In this document: positions 60,751 to 64,000 of the stretch, piece after piece | Numbering within the stretch: the first letter of the stretch is position 1 | Layout: every line of letters starts with the position of its first letter | From: Pocillopora damicornis | Taxonomy: Eukaryota | Length of the DNA: 64,000 bases | Assembly (NCBI RefSeq): GCF_003704095.1 | Contig: NW_020847258.1 | Coordinates: 186,001-250,000 of the forward strand | Direction: 5' to 3' | Program-made: the position numbers and the translations under genes | The notes under the pieces: generated by a model | Databases searched by the model: none | What the model was told of the DNA's origin: nothing | What the model saw: the letters and a program-made list of their open reading frames with translations, nothing else

Positions 60751-63700
60751 ATGGCGGCCAAGGCGGTAAATTCGATGGACGATGTTAGACAAGTTATTAA
60801 GATGTAATTTAGTCATGTTAATCCACTTGTAAAGTTGTGAATCCTTAAAAGTTGGGTGCGTCTTAAAAATTTGTCGTTTCTTCGCGAACAGGCTTGAGGA
60901 AAAGATATCGAAATCGTACGAACTCTCTTTGCGCCGAAGACGGGAAACTGAATGTTATGTTCAGCAATGTCGTGGTCTTCTCAAGCCGTGGTAAGTCACG
61001 CCTCGATTTTTTAACGTGGATGATGGAATTTGCAGAAAAAGGAGGTATTTAATCGCATGTGTTCCAAAACGTGGAGTACATTTTACTCTTAGAAAGATGT
61101 ACATGTCTAGCTAAGTCGCGAAGTTATATGTTTATCAAAATTAATTATAGTAGACCACATACACCACATTTTTGCCACACGATTAAACTTTTACCTGATT
61201 TAAGTTGTTTCACTGCAGTGGTTCCATTTGCTTTGGCCTTTTTGTTTCTGCGTTTTTTTTTTCTTTTTTATTGGTTGCTTAATTTTTTTCTTTTGGCATT
61301 TTTAATTTAATGTATACTGTCACGTCCTTTGTATATGTATTAGTACCATTTGATCGTTCGCATCTCTTAGTAGGTACTAGCGTAGTATGATATATATTAC
61401 ATTATTTTGTTTTGGAGAGGGGGGGGGAGTCCTTATATCATAGTTCATGTTCAGTCTCTTATTTGTTTTTGTTTATTTGTAGGCCACTAAAATCTGGTGA
61501 AAAAAGTGGAGGAAACAGACAAGGCTCCGAACCGTTACAAACTACTCAGGATGTGGAAACAAATACTGAAAGCACACAGGTTGAAAGCAAAGGTGAAGAC
61601 TGAATGAATATGTTTTTATGCTTTTATCTTGTGGCAATTAAGGTTGGAGGGATAACGTAGAGGATATGCATTGTCAAACAGGGAATGTTGTTTTGGGGTT
61701 CTGAGTCTAAAACAAGGTTTTTCACTTCCTGGCTTCTTAACCTCTTCATCAGACTGTGCCTCTGAACCAGGAGTTTGGCAAGTGAGAATTAGCAATGATC
61801 AGTCTACATGTGTAATACTGTTGATTTTTTTTCATTTTGAAATCTTATGCCAGGTATATAGTCTGATTGGTCTGAATGAGGTAGATATACCAAAACTTGT
61901 GCATTATCAGTGTGACTAAGGCCTCAGCATTATATCCCTACCCAAACTTCCCTTAACCCTTTAACTCCCAGATCAAATTTGTAAATCTCCTTACCATCAA
62001 CCATACAATTCTTATAATGTTAGTTCAGAGAATTTAGTATTGGATCAACTAATTATCCCCAAATTGATAGTTTTCTTTATTCTCATCACTTGTCTGGTTG
62101 GTATTGTATTAATATTGTAAGGAGAAGTTCTGTCTTAGTCACTCATGGGAGTTAAAGGGTTAAATACTCATATTGTAATTGTAAACACTGGTTTAAAACT
62201 TACAAAAGAAAAGAGGGAGAACCACCTGAGGTGACTTTGATAATATCATTATTATTGTTTTGTGCTAGAAAATATTTGGCAAACCTCTCTCACAGAGTGA
62301 TCTTTAGTGTAGGGCTATGAAATGGTTGCCAAGGTGCTAGTGATAGTTTCCTGGTAAGCAACAGACAGGCAGTTGACAGGCTCTTGATACTTTTGTAGGT
62401 TTTTTCTTTGATAGTCAGGTTTTCATAAAGCCACTGAAAGTTTTCAGCTGAATATGTAAATTATGGTATGTGTGAGGTACCTGTAATTTGATGTGTTTAC
62501 TAGTAGTTCTCAAACTCAATTACATTTAAATGACAGCAACAAACTCTATTTAAGTATGTATCACTGATGAATCGTGATCATAAAGTTTGTTAACCATGAA
62601 ATATTTCCTAGCTAAAGAAGTTGAGAGCCAAGAGTTGGCAGCACTCGAAAACCTACTAGCAAAGGCTCAAAAGACCAGGGAAGTTCAGGCAAAGGTACTT
62701 CACTTTTAGTTTTATTTCAGTAGATTAATGTCATTTGTCTCTCTCAGGGAAAAATAATTCACCACAAAAAAAAAGCAGAAAGTTCCTATTCAAAAGTTTA
62801 ACTTTGCAAAGCATGTTTGCATTTTGGAGTTTCATGTGGATGTTGTTAAGAAAATTTAGGAGGATTGGGGGAATGGAAGACCCACACTGAAAATCAGTCT
62901 CAAAGCACTTTATCTTTCCTTCTTTCTTTCTTTTTTTTTTAATTTCTTTTAACCCTTTAACTCTCAGATAAAATTTGTAATTCTCCTTACTGTCAACCAT
63001 ATAGTTCTTATAATGTAAGTTCAGAGAATTAAGTATTGGATCAATTAATTATCCCCAATATTGATATTTTTCTTTATTCTCATCACTTTTCTGATTGATA
63101 TTGAATTGATATTGTAAGGAGAAATTCTGTCTTGGTCACTCATGGGACTTTATGGGTTAAACCTGCACAGTATGCACTGCTCAGTCTTGTGGGGAGAACT
63201 TCCCTCAATTTTTGGGTCAATTTTTTTTTAACTGCTTCAATGTTGATGAGTTTTTGTGGATGACATTTTTTGACATAAACAAGAATGATCCTGAAATTTT
63301 CTTGCAGCTGTACACTTCACTGTAAAGAAATGAAGTCACACAGAATGCTCTGGGAGAATTTAAGATAAAATGACCAGTAAATCTAGGGGGTGTTTATATG
63401 TATTTCCCAATCCTTTTAGTACCATAGAAAACTCAATATAAATATTTTTTTGTTTTAAAGTTAGATGAGGCTGAAGCAAAAGCAAAGCAGGAGGGAAAGA
63501 TTTCAAAAAAGCCACTTTTAGTAACTTCAAGTAAGTTTGTTTTAATCCCTGGATAATTCTTCTAAGGTTGAAGTTGTCACAAGATTCATCAGTTGGGTAT
63601 TCATGTTTATCTTATGCTGATTTAGCTGACCTTTTGTTTTACTGATCACATCTTAGAGCCTCCACAGAAGAAGCCTGTACAACAAATAACGAAGCAAAAT

Positions 63701-63932
63701 CTTTCAAAAGCCTCCAAACCTCCACCCAAACGCCCTGCGTCTGTCACAAAGCCTGGACTCAGGAAACCAGCCATGAAGAGCACATACAGCTCAGCGTTTG
63801 GGAGGCTCCCCTCAGGGAAGTCCCCTCAGAGACCAAAGAGTTCTCGAGGCTCTGCCAACAAGTACCTGGACAGTGTACTGAAAAAAGATGACAGGAGAGG
63901 AACCCATTCAAAACTTGATCTTAAGGAAGGAG
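60751..63932 (+). CDS. TEDC2: Probable tubulin epsilon and delta complex protein 2 homolog, 5' part; the gene continues beyond the window
   Basis: Six GT-AG exons join in frame: 60751-60803, 60892-60990, 61483-61592, 62612-62694, 63461-63530 and 63657-63932. They give MAAKAVNSMDDVRQVIKMLEEKISKSYELSLRRRRETECYVQQCRGLLKPW...QELAALENLLAKAQKTREVQ... followed by a K/P/S-rich region. CR.LL..W and EL..L...L.KA...R match my recollection of the N-terminus of TEDC2/C16orf59. The gene model is firmer than the name. Confidence 0.68.
61953..62163. mobile_element. TTAA-flanked piggyBac-type MITE, young copy, in an intron of the TEDC2-like gene
   Basis: Perfect terminal inverted repeat TTAACCCTTTAACTCCCA / TGGGAGTTAAAGGGTTAA; highly similar to 62949-63160. 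Confidence 0.88.
62949..63160. mobile_element. TTAA-flanked piggyBac-type MITE in an intron of the TEDC2-like gene
   Basis: TTAACCCTTTAACTC...GGGTTAA; direct repeat of 61953-62163. Confidence 0.85.
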
Positions 63933-64000
63933 GTAATATCAAGTGCCATTGCTTGTAGGTTGGGTGGCGGAGGGCGGGTTCGGGATTTGCCACGCAATGT

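Overview
Eukaryotic, intron-rich, AT-rich animal genomic DNA with four N-gaps; gene content and repeat types suggest a cnidarian, probably a stony coral (inference). Seven spliced protein-coding genes were reconstructed by hand from splice sites and reading-frame phase. Two tandem, same-strand PRD-class Q50 homeobox genes of the Unc-4/Uncx type lie at 6.8-10.0 kb and 26.5-30.4 kb; both have a C-terminal OAR motif, but only the first has eh1 motifs. A two-exon PIGY gene that the ORF track misses (- strand) is head-to-head with adenylosuccinate lyase (ADSL, + strand, one exon lost in a gap), with only 65 bp between the start codons. Two divergently transcribed calmodulin-like EF-hand paralogs share one intron position. 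The 5' part of a probable TEDC2 gene runs off the right end. The right half is rich in TTAA-flanked piggyBac-type MITEs and also has a LINE 3' fragment and a Penelope-like element remnant carrying an intact-looking minimal hammerhead ribozyme. The homeobox half appears free of these repeats. I found no wholly new multi-gene system; the best leads are the PIGY/ADSL micro-promoter, the asymmetric Unc-4 duplicate pair, the calmodulin-like pair and the ribozyme.
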